This document shows positions 1-12,781 of a stretch of DNA of 64,000 nucleotides, piece by piece. A program made the translations under genes and the position numbers. The notes beneath the pieces were generated by a model. It made no database searches. It saw only the letters and a list, made by a program, of their open reading frames with translations, and had not been told where the DNA came from. The stretch lies in the NCBI GenBank assembly GCA_030390025.1, contig CM059433.1:5208001-5272000 (forward strand). Reading direction: 5' to 3'. This DNA is from Squalus acanthias (taxonomy: Eukaryota). Each line of letters opens with the position of its first letter. Within the stretch, counting starts at the first letter, position 1.

Positions 1-295
1 CCCACCCTATCCCCGTAACCCCACGTATTTAATTCCCCCTAACATATCCCATCCTATCCCCGTAACCCCACATATTTAATCCCCCCCTAACACTAAGGGT
101 CAATTTATCATAGCCAAATCAACCTAACCCGCACATTTTTGGACTGTGGGAGGAAACCAGAGCACCCGGAGGAAACCCACGCAGACACGGGGAGAATGTG
201 CAAACTCCACACAGACAGTCACCCGAGGCCAGATTCGAACCCGGGTCTCTGGCGCTGTGAGGCACCAGTGCTAACCACTATGCCACCGTGTTGTC
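1..295 (-). mobile_element. tRNA-derived V-SINE (HE1-like elasmobranch SINE), 3' end runs off the window
   Basis: Minus strand has box A (TGGCATAGTGG), box B (GGTTCGAATC), the V-domain GTGTGGAGTTTGCACATTCTCCCCGTGTCTGCGTGGGTTTCCTCCGGGTGCTC, and a CR1-like tail GGGGTTACGGGGATAGG that is tandemly duplicated at 1-90. Confidence 0.9.
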
Positions 296-316
296 ATGGT
301 TCAGCTTCGACAGTTA

Positions 317-1542
317 GGCCCTGATTTTAACCCCCTCCCCTCACCCCACCCCCCCCCAACCCCCCGCTCCGATGGGCAGGAGAGGGTTGGGGGTTGGCGG
401 GGGGGGTGTTAAAATAGAAACATAGAAACATAGAAGATAGGAGCAGGAGTAGGCCATTCGGCCCCTCGAGCCTGCTCCGCCATTCGATGAGATCATGGCT
501 GATCATCCAAACTCAGTACCCTGTACCTGCTTCTCCCCATATCCCTTGATACCTTTAGCTTTAAGAAATATATCTAACTCATTCTTGAATATATTTAATG
601 ACTTGGCCTCAACTACCTTCTGTGGTAGAGAATTCCACAGGTTCACCACTCTCTGGGTGAAGAAATTCTTCCTCATTTCTGTCCTAAATGGCTTACCCCT
701 TATCCTTAGACTGTGACCCCTGGTTCTGGACTCTCCGACCATCAGGAACATCCTTCCTGCATCTAGTCTGTCTAGTCCTGTTAGAATTTTATAAGTTTCA
801 ATGAGATCCCCTCTCATTCTTCTATACTCCAGCGAGTATAAGCCCAATCGACCCAATCTCTCCTCATATGTCATTCCTGCCATCCCAGGTATCAGCCTTG
901 TGAATCTTCGCTGAACTCCTTCCATGGCAAGAACATCCTTCCTCAGATATCGGGATCGAGCAAACCGACCGCATTCCCGTCTGTTTAAAGGCCATTGACG
1001 AGGCTCCCATGAAAGGCAGGTGGGGGCCTCATTAACCTTCAGATGCTGCAGCCCGATGACATAAACTTAACGGTAGTTTCGGGGGGGGAGGCCCACGCTT
1101 CGGGCTTCCCGGCAACAGATCCAAGGCAGGAGGCGCCGACTGGCCAAGGTAAGGACTGGAGATCAGCTCCTTTTAGCACTCCTTGTGGGCCAGGAGGAGG
1201 AGCAGGAGTGCCGCCCCCCCCGGGCCTCACAAGGAAAACACTGCCCGCCCCCCCCACCACCCCCCACAGTCCCAGTCCCTCCCCCACTGACTGCTGGGGA
1301 CTCTCTCGGAGTCTCTGGCTGCGGCCTCCTGCTGCTGCTTCCTGCTCCCACCCAGCGACCAGGCAGTCAATCTGGCCGGCTCTCATGCAGGAGTCTGCCC
1401 AAAATAATTCAAACGAGGCCCTGTCGTTAAGATCGATGTCTCCCCCCCCCCCCCCCCCGCCATACTCTCCCCTCGTTCCCGTTAAAATCGGGGGTACCGG
1501 GCTCCCCCGTACCCTCCCCGGCTCTCCGTTAATATCGGGGCC
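317..1542. mobile_element. Non-autonomous TIR element (Harbinger-type MITE) interrupted by a CR1 LINE
   Basis: TIRs GGCCCTGATTTTAAC (317) and GTTAATATCGGGGCC (1528-1542); 3-bp flanks TTA/TCA. Confidence 0.65.
413..950 (-). mobile_element. CR1 LINE 3' fragment (family A)
   Basis: ORF 503..925 (EGVQRRFTRLIPG...RRMRGDLIETYKIL...FFTQRVVNLWNSLP) is the CR1 ORF2 C-terminus; 3' UTR hairpin GGAGCAGG/CCTGCTCC; (TTTCTATG)n tail. Confidence 0.95.
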
Positions 1543-2094
1543 TCAGTGTCGGCTATTGCACCGTGTGGGTATCAAAACCAAGTCTGATCTTCTCCTCTGC
1601 AAGGCATCAGACACATGCAATTCCAGCAACGGCCACTAGATAGCAATCACGAGCAGCAATCCGAGCTGCTATTTTCCCTCCCTGGCCTGAAGATATTGGG
1701 GAGGACCAGGTCCGGGGTATTGAAATTGTTAGAGTGCTTTTTATAAGCACTGCCCCGGGTGGAATCAACTAGGTCAGCACAGAGTGCGGCTCAAAGCTGG
1801 GACCTTGCATCTGGCATTCTTGCATCCTAATAACAAGACGCAGGAAACCTCAAGAGGAGGAGTGTATTGAAACAAACATTATGGAGGGAATTTTAACCAC
1901 CCCCCCCCCTCCCCAGTGAAAGGGCCTTTAAAAAGGAGCGTCAGCCTTACTGCCCACTCCTGCTGGACTCCCGTTGGCCATCATTCTCACTGCTCGCTGC
2001 AGTTCGGTGACTGAGGCAGCAGGCAGGAACCTCACACATTTATGTAAATCGGGGTCCCATTGACATAATTGGGTTTTAACTCGGGCCTGAGTGG

Positions 2095-2630
2095 GGAACC
2101 GGCTGCAGCCGGTCAGGAGTGTGATGGAATACTCTCCACTTGTCTGGATGAGTGCAGCTCCAACAACACTCAAGAAGCTCGACACCATCCAGGACAAAGC
2201 AGCCCGCTTGATTGGCACCCCATCCACCACCTTAAACATTCACTCCCTCCACCGCCGGCGCACCGTGGCTGCAGTGTGTACCATCTACAAGATGCACTGC
2301 AGCAACTCGCCAAGGCTTCTCCGGCAGCACCTCCCAAACCCGCGACCTCTTCCACCTAGAAGGACAAGGGCAGCAGGTGCAGGGGAACAACACCACCTCC
2401 AAGTTCTCCTCCAAGTCACACACCATCCTGACTTAGAAGTATATCGCTGATCCTTCATCGTCGCTGGGTCAAGATCCTGGAACTCCCTCCCTAACAGCAC
2501 TGTGGGAGCACCTTCACCACACGGACTGCAGCGGTTCAAGAAGGCAGCCCACCACCACCTTCTCAAGGGCAACTAGGGATGGGCAATAAATGCTGGCCTT
2601 GCCAGCGACGCCCACATCCCATAAACGAAT
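2095..2630 (+). mobile_element. LINE family B (CR1-group) 3' fragment, inserted in a MITE-like element (~1885-2951)
   Basis: VRSVMEYSPLVWMSAAPTTLKKLDTIQDKAARLIG; family-B 3' end GGGATGGGCAATAAATGCTGGCCTTGCCAGCGACGCCCACATCCC. Confidence 0.9.
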
Positions 2631-3485
2631 ATAAAGCAAAGCCTTCCCGCCAGGTGAAGGCAGGTCAGCAGAGTCGGGAGGACACAGAGACCCACCAATG
2701 TACGTGGAAATCTTTCCTTTGCAGTGCCAGGAGGGGAAGGAGTGTCCCTCCGGTGCCCACAAGGAAAGTCATGGCCTCCCCTGCCCTGGACTCCGGCCGT
2801 CACTCCCACGGGACCCTCCCGAAACCCCATCCCTGCGACACATCCGCTTTGGTGTCCTGCCCGCCGGCCATCTGCCGCTTTCCACCTGCTGGGCAGCGAC
2901 ATGCAGATGAGGCCTGGGAATTAAAAAAACCCCGCACCTGAAATCTGGGCCTACAAGTCAGGCTTGCGATTTCCCGCCCAAAGCTCGCTGGGAGTTAACA
3001 TTGACGCTTACAGCTTCCCATCGTTGAGCAGTATTTGCTTTCAACAGAAATGACAACATTCCAACTGCTTTTACTCAAGATATTTTGCAACCGATTAAAT
3101 GAATAAATTTCAGTTCCATCCTTTTGCTAATCTATTTTCACATTTGTCCAATTGCTGTGTGAGCAATGAGTATGGTTAAGTCAGTCACTATGGTATTGAA
3201 AATATACTGCCTTTATCTAACTGAGGAGTTATCTAAAACATCCTGCTTGGTCCCTTTTGTCCAACTGTTGCATAAGTAAGACCTAATGCTTATCTCGTTT
3301 CCCCAGTGTCTCTTTAAACAAGGAATAGCGCAAGCATTCAAGGTCACAAGGCTCTTTTATTTAGGTACAGACGAAAAAAGGACTGTGATAAATCTGCTAC
3401 TAACTATGTTGTAATTTCCCTCTTCAGGTAGTAGTTGACAGTTTAACTGTATTCACTGCTCACGATGCAGTCTCCTCTACATTAC

Positions 3486-3695
3486 TCTGTTCAGTCTGCA
3501 AGCGTGACCCTGAACCTCTGGTCGCTTGGCATTCTGATTCTCTGCTCCACTCCCACTCTGACCTCTCCGCCCTCGGCCTCCTACACTGTTCCAACAAAGC
3601 TCAACGGAAGCTCGAGGAACAGCACCTCATCTTTCGATTAGGCACTTTACAACCTACCGGACTCAACATCGAGTTCAACAGCTTCAGATCATTAA
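3486..3695 (+). pseudogene. Penelope-like element GIY-YIG endonuclease C-terminal remnant
   Basis: Translates to HSHSDLSALGLLHCSNKAQRKLEEQHLIFRLGTLQPTGLNIEFNSFR, close to the C-terminus of the GIY-YIG ORF at 50806..51135. Confidence 0.8.
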
Positions 3696-4764
3696 ACCGC
3701 CGCTCCCATTATTTCGGACAGCAGGTGCTGGTAATGGTTCTGCTGTTGCCTTTTACAAAGAGTTACAGACTAGCTTTAAGTAGTGCAAGTTACTAACGAT
3801 GTTGGGCCCCCTGCTGATGTGTGCAGCCATTGAATAGCGCGGGGAGCGCTGACTGCACGCAGAAATCACTGTAATGAGCAAGCACCACGAAGTCGGCGTC
3901 CTGCCTGCGTTCCACTCACCGCGCACAGAGTAATCGTGCATCGCGAGCCCCTTCGCCTGTTTTCAGGGGCTAACCAGCTTAACCCCCAATGGGTGGACGT
4001 CATGTCCTGGTGAAAATGAGGGTCCTTTTTAAACACCTAGTGATGCAGTGATGGCCTTTTGTGGCTGGTCTTATCTTTACTTGTATTTAAGTCTTGATGG
4101 CTAGGGGAAGGGTTAATAATTCTACTGCCTTCTCCCACCCCCCCACCCCCCATCCCCAAACCTCACCCCTTGCTCCTTTCTGTATCTCTGGTGTCAACAA
4201 TGGGTTCATGCTAAAAGTGGGAGATAGGAACAAACTCCCAAAAGCTGCCATTTAATGAGTTCTTTCTGGCCGGCTGCCACTATCTTAAAGACGGCAGGCA
4301 GTGTCACCAGAGCCATGTCCTCAACACTGCTGTGCTGACCAACAACATTAATGACTGCACAGGAGTGAGTTTCAAAAGAAACCGTGTGGGAGCAGCATTG
4401 AGGGATTGCTGATGGGCAACACAGTTGTGGAGGGCACAAAATAAATAAAATACAGCAGTTGTAAATCACCTGAGGCAGAATTGGCAGAGAAACACCAGGA
4501 GAGAGAGAAGATGGTCATCGCCGGGAGGAAAAGAATGAAATGAGAAAAACAGAAAGAGAACAAAAAGGAGAGAAAAAGCAAAGAAAGAGAAGCAAAGTAA
4601 AGCGAACAAAGGGAGAGCTTGGGGCAGCCAGAGGAAGTGGGAGAGTGAACGCAAACAAGGCATCGCAACAAAGGAAACCGAAGAGCAGCAAAGGCTTCAA
4701 TATTTGCTGGGCCGTGCGTTCGGAGTGGGTGGGGAGGAGTTATAGACGGGAGACCCAGAAGTTT

Positions 4765-5472
4765 TTTTTATTCGTTTATGGGATGTGGTGTCGCTGGCAA
4801 GGCCAGCATTTATTTCCCATCCCTAGTTGCCCTTGAGAAGATGGTGGTGAGCCATCTTCTTGAACCGCTGCAGTCCGTGTGGTGAAGGTACTCCCACAGT
4901 ACTGTTAGGTAGGATTTTGATCCGGCGACGATGAAGGAACGGCCGATATACTTCCAAGTCAGGATGGTGTGTGACTTGGAGGAGAACTTGGAGGTGGTGG
5001 TGTTCCCATGCGCCTGCTGCCCTTGTCCTTCTAGGTGGAAGAGGTCGCGGGTTTGGGAGGTGCTGCCGAAGAAGCCTTGGCGAGTTGCTGCAGTGCATCT
5101 TATAGATGGTACACACTGCAGCCACGGTGTGCCAGTGGTGGAGGGAGTGAATGTTTAAGGTGGTGGATGGGGTGCCAATCAAACGGGCTGCTTTGTCCTG
5201 TATGGTGTTGAGCTTCTTGCGTGTTGTTGGAGCTGCACTCATCCAGGCAAGTGGAGAGTATTCCATCACACTCCTGACTTGCGCCTTGTAGATGGTGGAA
5301 AGGCTTTGGGGAGTCAGGTGGTGAGACATTCGCCGCAGAATACCTAGCCTCTGACCTGCTCTTGTAGCCACAGTATTTATGTGGCTGGTCCAGTTAAGTT
5401 TCTGGTCAATGGTGACCCCCAGGATGTTGATGGTGGGAGATTCGGTGATGGTAATGACGTTGAATGTCAAGA
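4765..5472 (-). mobile_element. LINE family B 3' fragment
   Basis: ORF 4823..5470 (ILGVTIDQKLNWTSHIN...EYSPLAWMSAAP) plus family-B 3' end. Confidence 0.92.
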
Positions 5473-5529
5473 AGTACGGGTTTCCTGAACATCGCGCAGT
5501 TTTTTTACTACAGGATGTCTTTTACTTTT

Positions 5530-5865
5530 TTTCTGCAGGTTTTCTTTTCAAGTATATATCGAATTCTCTTTTGAAAGTTACTGAACCCGCTTCCAACACC
5601 CTTTCAAGCAGCGCATTCCAGATCATAACTCGCTGCGTAAAAAAAAATCTCTTTGTCTCCCCTCTGATTCTTTTGTCAATTATCTTAAATCTGTGTCCTC
5701 TGGTTAAGGACCCACCCGCCAGAGGAAACAGTTTCCCCCTTATCTATTCTATTGAGTAGATCTATTAAATCTCCCCTTAACCTTCTTTGCTCTAAGGAGA
5801 AAAATCCCAGTTTTTCTAGTCTCTCCACATAACTGAAGTCCCTCATTCCTGATATCATTCTGGCT
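5530..5865 (-). mobile_element. Old CR1 LINE 3' fragment
   Basis: Degenerate similarity to the CR1 ORF2 3' region seen in other copies in this window. Confidence 0.6.
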
Positions 5866-5869
5866 AATA

Positions 5870-6120
5870 TTTCGAATGAGGCGTTAAACTGAGGCCCCGT
5901 CTGCTCTCTCAGGTGGACGTAAAAGATTCCATGGCACTATTTCGAAGAAGAGCAGGGGAGTTATCCGCGGTGTCCTGGGGCCAATATTTCTCCCTCAACC
6001 AACATAATAAAAACAGATTATCTGGTCATTATCACATTGCTGTTAGTGGGAGCTTGCTGTGCTCAAATTGGCTGCCATGTTTCCCACATTACAACAGTGA
6101 CTACACTTCAAAAAGTACTT
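5870..6120 (+). mobile_element. Deu-domain SINE fragment (SacSINE1/AmnSINE-like)
   Basis: Matches the body of the full-length copy at 39830-40318 (CAGATTATCTGGTCATTATCACATTGCTG...GGGAGCTTGCTGTG). Confidence 0.85.
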
Positions 6121-6121
6121 C

Positions 6122-6895
6122 TCATTCTTCTAAACTCTAGGGAATATAGGCCTCATCTACTCAATCTCTCCTCATAGGATAATCCCCCCATCCCAGGAAT
6201 CAGTCTGGTGAACCTTTGTTACACTCCCTCTATGGCAAGTATATCCTTCCTTAGGTAAGGAGACCAAAACTGTACACAATACTCCAGGTGTGGTCTCACC
6301 AGGGCCCTATATATTTGCAGTAAAACGTCTTTACTCTTATACTCAAATCCTCTTGTAATAAAGGCCAACATACCATTTGCTTTCCTAATTGCTTGCTGTA
6401 CCTGCATGTTAACTTTCAGTGATTAGTGTACAAGGACACCCAGGTCCCTCTGAACACCAACATTTCCCAATCTCTCACCATTTAAAAAATACTCTGCTTT
6501 TCTATTTTTCCTACCAAAGTGGATAAATTCACATTTCTCCACATTATATTCCATTTGCCATGTTCTTGCCCACTCACTTAGCCTGTCTATATCCCCTTGA
6601 AGCCTCCTTGCATCCTCCTCACAACTTACATTCCCACCCAGCTTTGTATCATCAGCAAACTTGGATATATTACATTTGGTCCCCTCATCCAAATCATTGA
6701 TGTAGATTGTGAATAGCTGAGGCCCAAGCACTGATCCTTGCGGTACCCCACTAGTTACAGCCTGCCAACCCGAAAATGACCCATTTATTCCTACTCTCGG
6801 TTTTCTGTCCGTTAACCAATCCTCAATCCATGCGAGTATATTACCCCCAATCCCATGAGCTCTAATTTTGTTTAATAACCTCTTGTGTGGCACCT
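6122..6895 (-). mobile_element. CR1 LINE reverse transcriptase fragment
   Basis: ORFs 6423..6893 ([22 protein letters not shown]...KFADDTKL) and 6219..6407 (RPHLEYCVQFWSP). Confidence 0.95.
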
Positions 6896-8420
6896 TTCAT
6901 CATTTCATCAATCACCTCTATTGGTTTATTCTCCAGCAGCTTTTCCTGAGGTAATGGAGAGCCTTGCTGAATCCTCGAGAGTGAACTCATTTGTGAGAGT
7001 GAAAATGAAGTGAAGTCCTTTAATTTATTGCAGACATAAGTAATGTCAGAAAGACCAAGGGCACTTATGAAGATTAAAGAAATAATTCTGTTTTATGCAA
7101 GCTCAGGCTCATGTGGTAATGACGAGGCTGCTCACAATATCTTTTTTGAAGTGCAGAGTGTTTTATGAAACAGAGAAAAAAAATTACATCTATTATCCCT
7201 GCACATAAAATAATCGGGCATGTTCTCTGGGAAGGAGCACAGAGAAACCTTGTTCTATTTTAAAAATGCACAGACCCTCTCTTCATAACGCAGCATTTTC
7301 TGCACTTTAGATCAATTTATAAAAAGTAAAATTAGGGAAACGTACAGAGCCAGTGAACATTTCTGAAGAATACTACTCCTGAAATAAACCCCCCCCCCAA
7401 AAAATTGCCTTGTTGTATTTTTTCAGTTTGCCACAAACTGGTTTCTTGTAATCCTGAACCATGGAGAGGAATCAGGGATGGGGCTGTTGAAGGAGGTGGG
7501 AGTTGGACATGGAGCCAGACTTGGGGGCGGAATGTGTCATTGCATTTTGCTGGTGGTTTAAATCTTATGATCAATGGAAATGTGACTGCAGTGGAATATC
7601 GGCTTTACTCCGAGCTGCTTCTCTTGGAGCTGAGACTGTCTCAGATGGTCCGTCTGGTCTGGAATATCTCATTTCCTTTGTTAGTTTTTTTTGTTTGTAT
7701 CTGCTTCCGGAGACTCTCGGAGCATTTAATTTTTACAGAGCGATGTCTCAGCAAATATGAATGAGCTGCAATTAACAGTGGGCACATTCTCTGCTGGGAT
7801 TTCTAGTGGATTCTGAATTGTGACTGGAAAATATTTTCTCAGCAAAAGAATTTAGAATAATCTGAAAAATGACAGGATTGTGGTCGGGTTTATTTTGCTT
7901 TCACAATCTTTTCTTTATTACCTGTATTTGAATCCAGGATTCCTGCTGCTCAATGATCTGTTTCCCACCCTCTTCCCACACAAATACACTGTTCGCACTG
8001 TATGTCCTCGCTCCTCTCATTGGCAGCAGTATGTTTGCTATGTGTCAGTTTTAAGTCTGTTCGAGGACAACGCGTGGACTTTCGATAAGGTTCTGGGCAC
8101 AAACCGGCTCTGGGAACATTTGGAGCGAGCAATAATTTAATAACGGTCAGATAGCTGAAAACATATTGCCCAGAATTTGCTGAAAAAGTAATGGCTGTAG
8201 GCATACACAGGCCCTTAATTTTTAATTTTGGTATATATTAAAATGCTTTGCCAGGCCAAAAGGTTTTTTTCGAAGTGAAATAAAGTTGCAACAGACGGTC
8301 TTTCACTGATAAGTGGACATGGAATGTGCTTTACTAAGAGGCAGCAAACATGGTTGTGACTGCAGGGGGTCGTCATAGACAACAGAGATAAACAAACCCC
8401 CCCTTAGATTTGCAGACATC

Positions 8421-9181
8421 GGCCCAGAAATTTGACTCGGAGGCTTGCCGCGGGAGTAAGGATCGCGCGCGATATCACATACCGCGTCTGCCGTCCTTGT
8501 TTGCCCCCGCAGGAACTTCGGGTCCTGGGCCTCTCCCTAGTGCCGGCGCGCAGTGTGTGCGTGTCCCAGGGGCGCAGTTAGTGCGATGCGACCTCTGGGA
8601 TCACGTGGGCCATGGAGAGCCAATGGCAGCAGACCATCTTTCATTCATAGATTTGACAGGAGACCTGTCAAATCTATGAATTGAAATCGGCCCCAAAAGA
8701 ACAGCTAAACCTCAAATAAATTAAAAAAAAACCCATCACATTAATAAAATAACTATAGTTAAATAAATTAGCCGTTTAAACAAAAATTTAAATTTTTGAA
8801 AATTTTTTTTTTTTTAAAAAGTTATAAAAATAAACTTACCTTTCTTTAAAGTCTCTAAAAAAGATAAACCTGTTGAAAAAAATTTAAAATTATACTTAAT
8901 TAACTACTTACCTTGTTCAAAAGGGGTCTTACGCCTCCTTTCTTCATGTGTAAAATCTTCCATACTTACCCTCGCGTTGAAACCTGAAAAAAAACCTAAG
9001 TGTGTTGCGTGTGCGCAGCCTCTAGCGCGCACGTGGTTCACTTAGGAACCGCCCCCTTCGCAATACCGGAAGTGCCGGTTTCCCGCGCATGCGCAGTGCA
9101 TGCAGGAAACCGGCACTTCGGGAATGAATACGGGTGAGTACGCATTGAGTACTCACCCGGGAACGGCCGAATTTTTGGGCC
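8421..9181. mobile_element. MITE family M2 (Harbinger-type), copy 1
   Basis: TIRs GGCCCAGAAATT / AATTTTTGGGCC; perfect 3-bp TSD ATC; AT-rich centre; homologous in reverse orientation to 33208-33949. Confidence 0.85.
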
Positions 9182-9404
9182 ATCGTGTCTACAACAAATA
9201 GGCAACTAATGGATAGGCACACAGGATGAGTGAGTATGAAAGTTTGACAGCTCAAACAACTCAGGTCAAACATTAAAGGAACATTTCACCATTTCTGAAT
9301 GATTGATTTCCGGGAAAAAACAAGGAAAACGGTATAAAAACCAGTGACAAAAAATATCGGCACCGCAGTCGGAAAGGAGGGGCCTGGCTGATCTTCTCAA
9401 CTCA

Positions 9405-12400
9405 AAGAGCCCCAGTCGGAGGGTGAAGAGCCCCAGTCGGAGGGTGAAGAGCCCCAGTCGGAGGGTGAAGAGCCCCAGTCGGAGGGTGAAGAGCCCCAGT
9501 CGGAGGGTGAAGAGCCCCAGTCGGAGGGTGAAGAGCCCCAGTCGGAAGGTGAAGAGCCCCAGTCGGAAGGTGAAGAGCCCCAGTCGGAAGGTGAAGAGCC
9601 CCAGTCGGAAGGTGAAGAGCCCCAGTCGGAAGGTGAAGAGCCCCAGTCGGAAGGTGAAGAGCCCCAGTCGGAAGGTGAAGAGCTGCAGTCGGAAGGTGAA
9701 GAGCCGCAGTCGGAAGGTGAAGAGCCGCAGTCAGAAGGTGAAGAGCTGCAGTCGGAAGGTGAAGAGCCGCAGTCAGAAGGTGAAGAGCCCCAGTCGGAAG
9801 GTGAAGAGCCCCAGTTGGAAGGTGAAGAGCCCCAGTCGGAAGTTGAAGAGCCCCAGTCGGAAGGTGAAGAGCCGCAGTCGGAGGGTGAAGAGCCCCAGTC
9901 AGAAGGTGAAGAGTCCCAGTCGGAAGGTGAAGAGCTGCAGTCGGAAGGTGAAGAGTCCCAGTCGGAAGGTGAAGAGCCTCAGTCGGAGGGTGAAGAGCTG
10001 CAGTCGGAAGGTGAAGAGCCCCAGTCGGAAGGTGAAGAGCTGCAGTCGGAAGGTGAAGAGCCCCAGTCGGAAGGTGAAGAGCTCCAGTCGGAAGGTGAAG
10101 AGCTCCAGTCGGAAGGTGAAGAGCCGCAGTCGGAGGGTGAAGAGCCCCAGTCAGAAGGTGAAGAGTCCCAGTCGGAAGGTGAAGAGCTGCAGTCGGAAGG
10201 TGAAGAGTCCCAGTCGGAAGGTGAAGAGCCTCAGTGGGAGGGTGAAGAGCTGCAGTCGGAAGGTGAAGAGCCCCAGTCGGAAGGTGAAGAGCTGCAGTCG
10301 GAAGGTGAAGAGCCCCAGTCGGAAGGTGAAGAGCTCCAGTCGAAAGGTGAAGAGCTCCAGTCGGAAGGTGAAGAGCCCCAGTCGGAAGGTGAAGAGCCCC
10401 AGTCGGAAGGTGAAGAGCCTCAGTCGGAAGGTGAAGAGCCCCAGTCGGAAGGTGAAGAGCCGCAGTCGGAGGGGATAGAGCTGCAGTCGGAAGGTGAAGA
10501 GCCCCAGTCGGAGGGTGAAGAGCCCCAGTCGGAAGGTGAAGAGCCCCAGTCGGAAGGTGAAGAGCCCCAGTCGGAGGGTGAAGAGCTGCAGTCGGAAGGT
10601 GAAGAGCCCCAGTCGGAAGGTGAAGAGCTGCAGTCGGAAGGTGAAGAGCCCCAGTCGGAAGGTGAAGAGCTCCAGTCGGAAGGTGAAGAGCTGCAGTCGG
10701 AAGGTGAAGAGCTGTAGTCGGAAGGTGAAGAGCCCCAGTCGGAAGGTGAAGAGCCCCAGTCGGAAGGTGAAGAGCCCCAGTCGGAAGGTGAAGAGCTGCA
10801 GTCGGAAGGTGAAGAGTCCCAGTCGGAAGGTGAAGAGCCCCAGTCGGAAGGTGAAGAGTCCCAGTCGGAAGGTGAAGAGCTGCAGTCGGAAGGTGAAGAG
10901 TCCCAGTCGGAAGGTGAAGAGCCTCAGTCGGAGGGTGAAGAGCTGCAGTCGGAAGGTGAAGAGCCCCAGTCGGAAGGTGAAGAGCTGCAGTCGGAAGGTG
11001 AAGAGCCCCAGTCGGAAGGTGAAGAGCCCCAGTCAGAAGGTGAAGAGTCCCAGTCGGAAGGTGAAGAGCCGCAGTCGGAGGGTGAAGAGCCCCAGTCAGA
11101 AGGTGAAGAGTCCCAGTCGGAAGGTGAAGAGCTGCAGTCGGAAGGTGAAGAGTCCCAGTCGGAAGGTGAAGAGCCTCAGTCGGAGGGTGAAGAGCTGCAG
11201 TCGGAAGGTGAAGAGCCCCAGTCGGAAGGTGAAGAGCTGCAGTCGGAAGGTGAAGAGCCCCAGTCGGAAGGTGAAGAGCTCCAGTCGGAAGGTGAAGAGC
11301 TCCAGTCGGAAGGTGAAGAGCCCCAGTCGGAAGGTGAAGAGCCCCAGTCGGAAGGTGAAGAGCCTCAGTCGGAAGGTGAAGAGCCCCAGTCGGAAGGTGA
11401 AGAGCCGCAGTCGGAGGGGATAGAGCTGCAGTCGGAAGGTGAAGAGCCCCAGTCGGAAGGTGAAGAGCTGTAGTCGGAAGGTGAAGAGCCCCAGTCGGAA
11501 GGTGAAGAGCCCCAGTCGGAAGGTGAAGAGCCCCAGTCGGAAGGTGAAGAGCTGCAGTCGGAAGGTGAAGAGCCCCAGTCGGAGGGTGAAGAGCTGCAGT
11601 CGGAAGGTGAAGAGCCCCAGTCGGAAGGTGAAGAGCTGCAGTTGGAAGGTGAAGAGCCCCAGTCGGAAGGTGAAGAGCTCCAGTCGGAAGGTGAAGAGCT
11701 GCAGTCGGAAGGTGAAGAGCTGTAGTCGGATGGTGAAGAGCCCCAGTCGGAAGGTGAAGAGCCCCAGTCGGAAGGTGAAGAGCCCCAGTCGGAAGGTGAA
11801 GAGCTGCAGTCGGAAGGTGAAGAGTCCCAGTCGGAAGGTGAAGAGCCCCAGTCGGAAGGTGAAGAGCTGCAGTCGGAAGGTGAAGAGCTGTAGTCGGATG
11901 GTGAAGAGCCCCAGTCGGAAGGTGAAGAGCCCCAGTCGGAAGGTGAAGAGCCCCAGTCGGAAGGTGAAGAGTCCCAGTCGGAAGGTGAAGAGCCCCAGTC
12001 GGAAGGTGAAGAGCCCCAGTCGGAAGGTGAAGAGCTCCAGTCGGAGGGTGAAGAGCCCCAGTCGGAAGGTGAAGAGCCCCAGTCAGAAGGTGAAGAGCCG
12101 CAGTCGGAAGGTGAAGAGCCCCAGTCGGAAGGTGAAGAGCCCCAGTCGGAGGGTGAAGAGCCCCAGTCGGAAGGTGAAGAGCCCCAGTCGGAAGGTGAAG
12201 AGCCCCAGTCAGAAGGTGAAGAGTCCCAGTCGGAAGGTGAAGAGCTGCAGTCGGAAGGTGAAGAGCCCCAGTCGGAGGGTGAAGAGCCCCAGTCGGAAGG
12301 TGAAGAGCCCCAGTCGGAAGGTGAAGAGCCCCAGTCGGAAGGTGAAGAGCCCCAGTCGGAAGGTGAAGAGCCCCAGTTGGAAGGTGAAGAGCCCCAGTCG

Positions 12401-12781
12401 GAAGGTGAAGAGCCCCAGTCGGAAGGTGAAGAGCTGCAGTCGGAAGGTGAAGAGCCCCAGTCGGAAGGTGAAGAGCCCCAGTCGGAAGGTGAAGAGCCCC
12501 AGTCGGAAGGTGAAGAGCCCCAGTCGGAAGGTGAAGAGCCCCAGTCAGAAGGTGAAGAGCCCCAGTCGGAAGGTGAAGAGCTGCAGTCGGAAGGTGAAGA
12601 GCTGCAGTCGGAAGGTGAAGAGCTGCAGTCGGAAGGTGAAGAGCCGCAGTCAGAAGGTGAAGAGCTGCAGTCGGAAGGTGAAGAGCCCCAGTCGGAAGGT
12701 GAAGAGCCCCAGTCGGAAGGTGAAGAGCCCCAGTCGGAAGGTGAAGAGCTGCAGTCGGAAGGTGAAGAGCTGCAGTCGGAA
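9405..12781. repeat. 21-bp minisatellite (VNTR), about 160 units, consensus GAAGGTGAAGAGCCCCAGTCG
   Basis: Directly visible tandem array; register unbroken (minus-strand frame open for 1137 codons); substitution variants only. Confidence 0.98.

Noticed and set aside
215..295. tRNA gene (also 40235-40318 and 28110-28190)
   Set aside because: A/B boxes belong to SINE heads; no complete cloverleaf.
9405..12781. CRISPR-like array
   Set aside because: Units are contiguous with no unique spacers, there are no cas genes, and the context is vertebrate.
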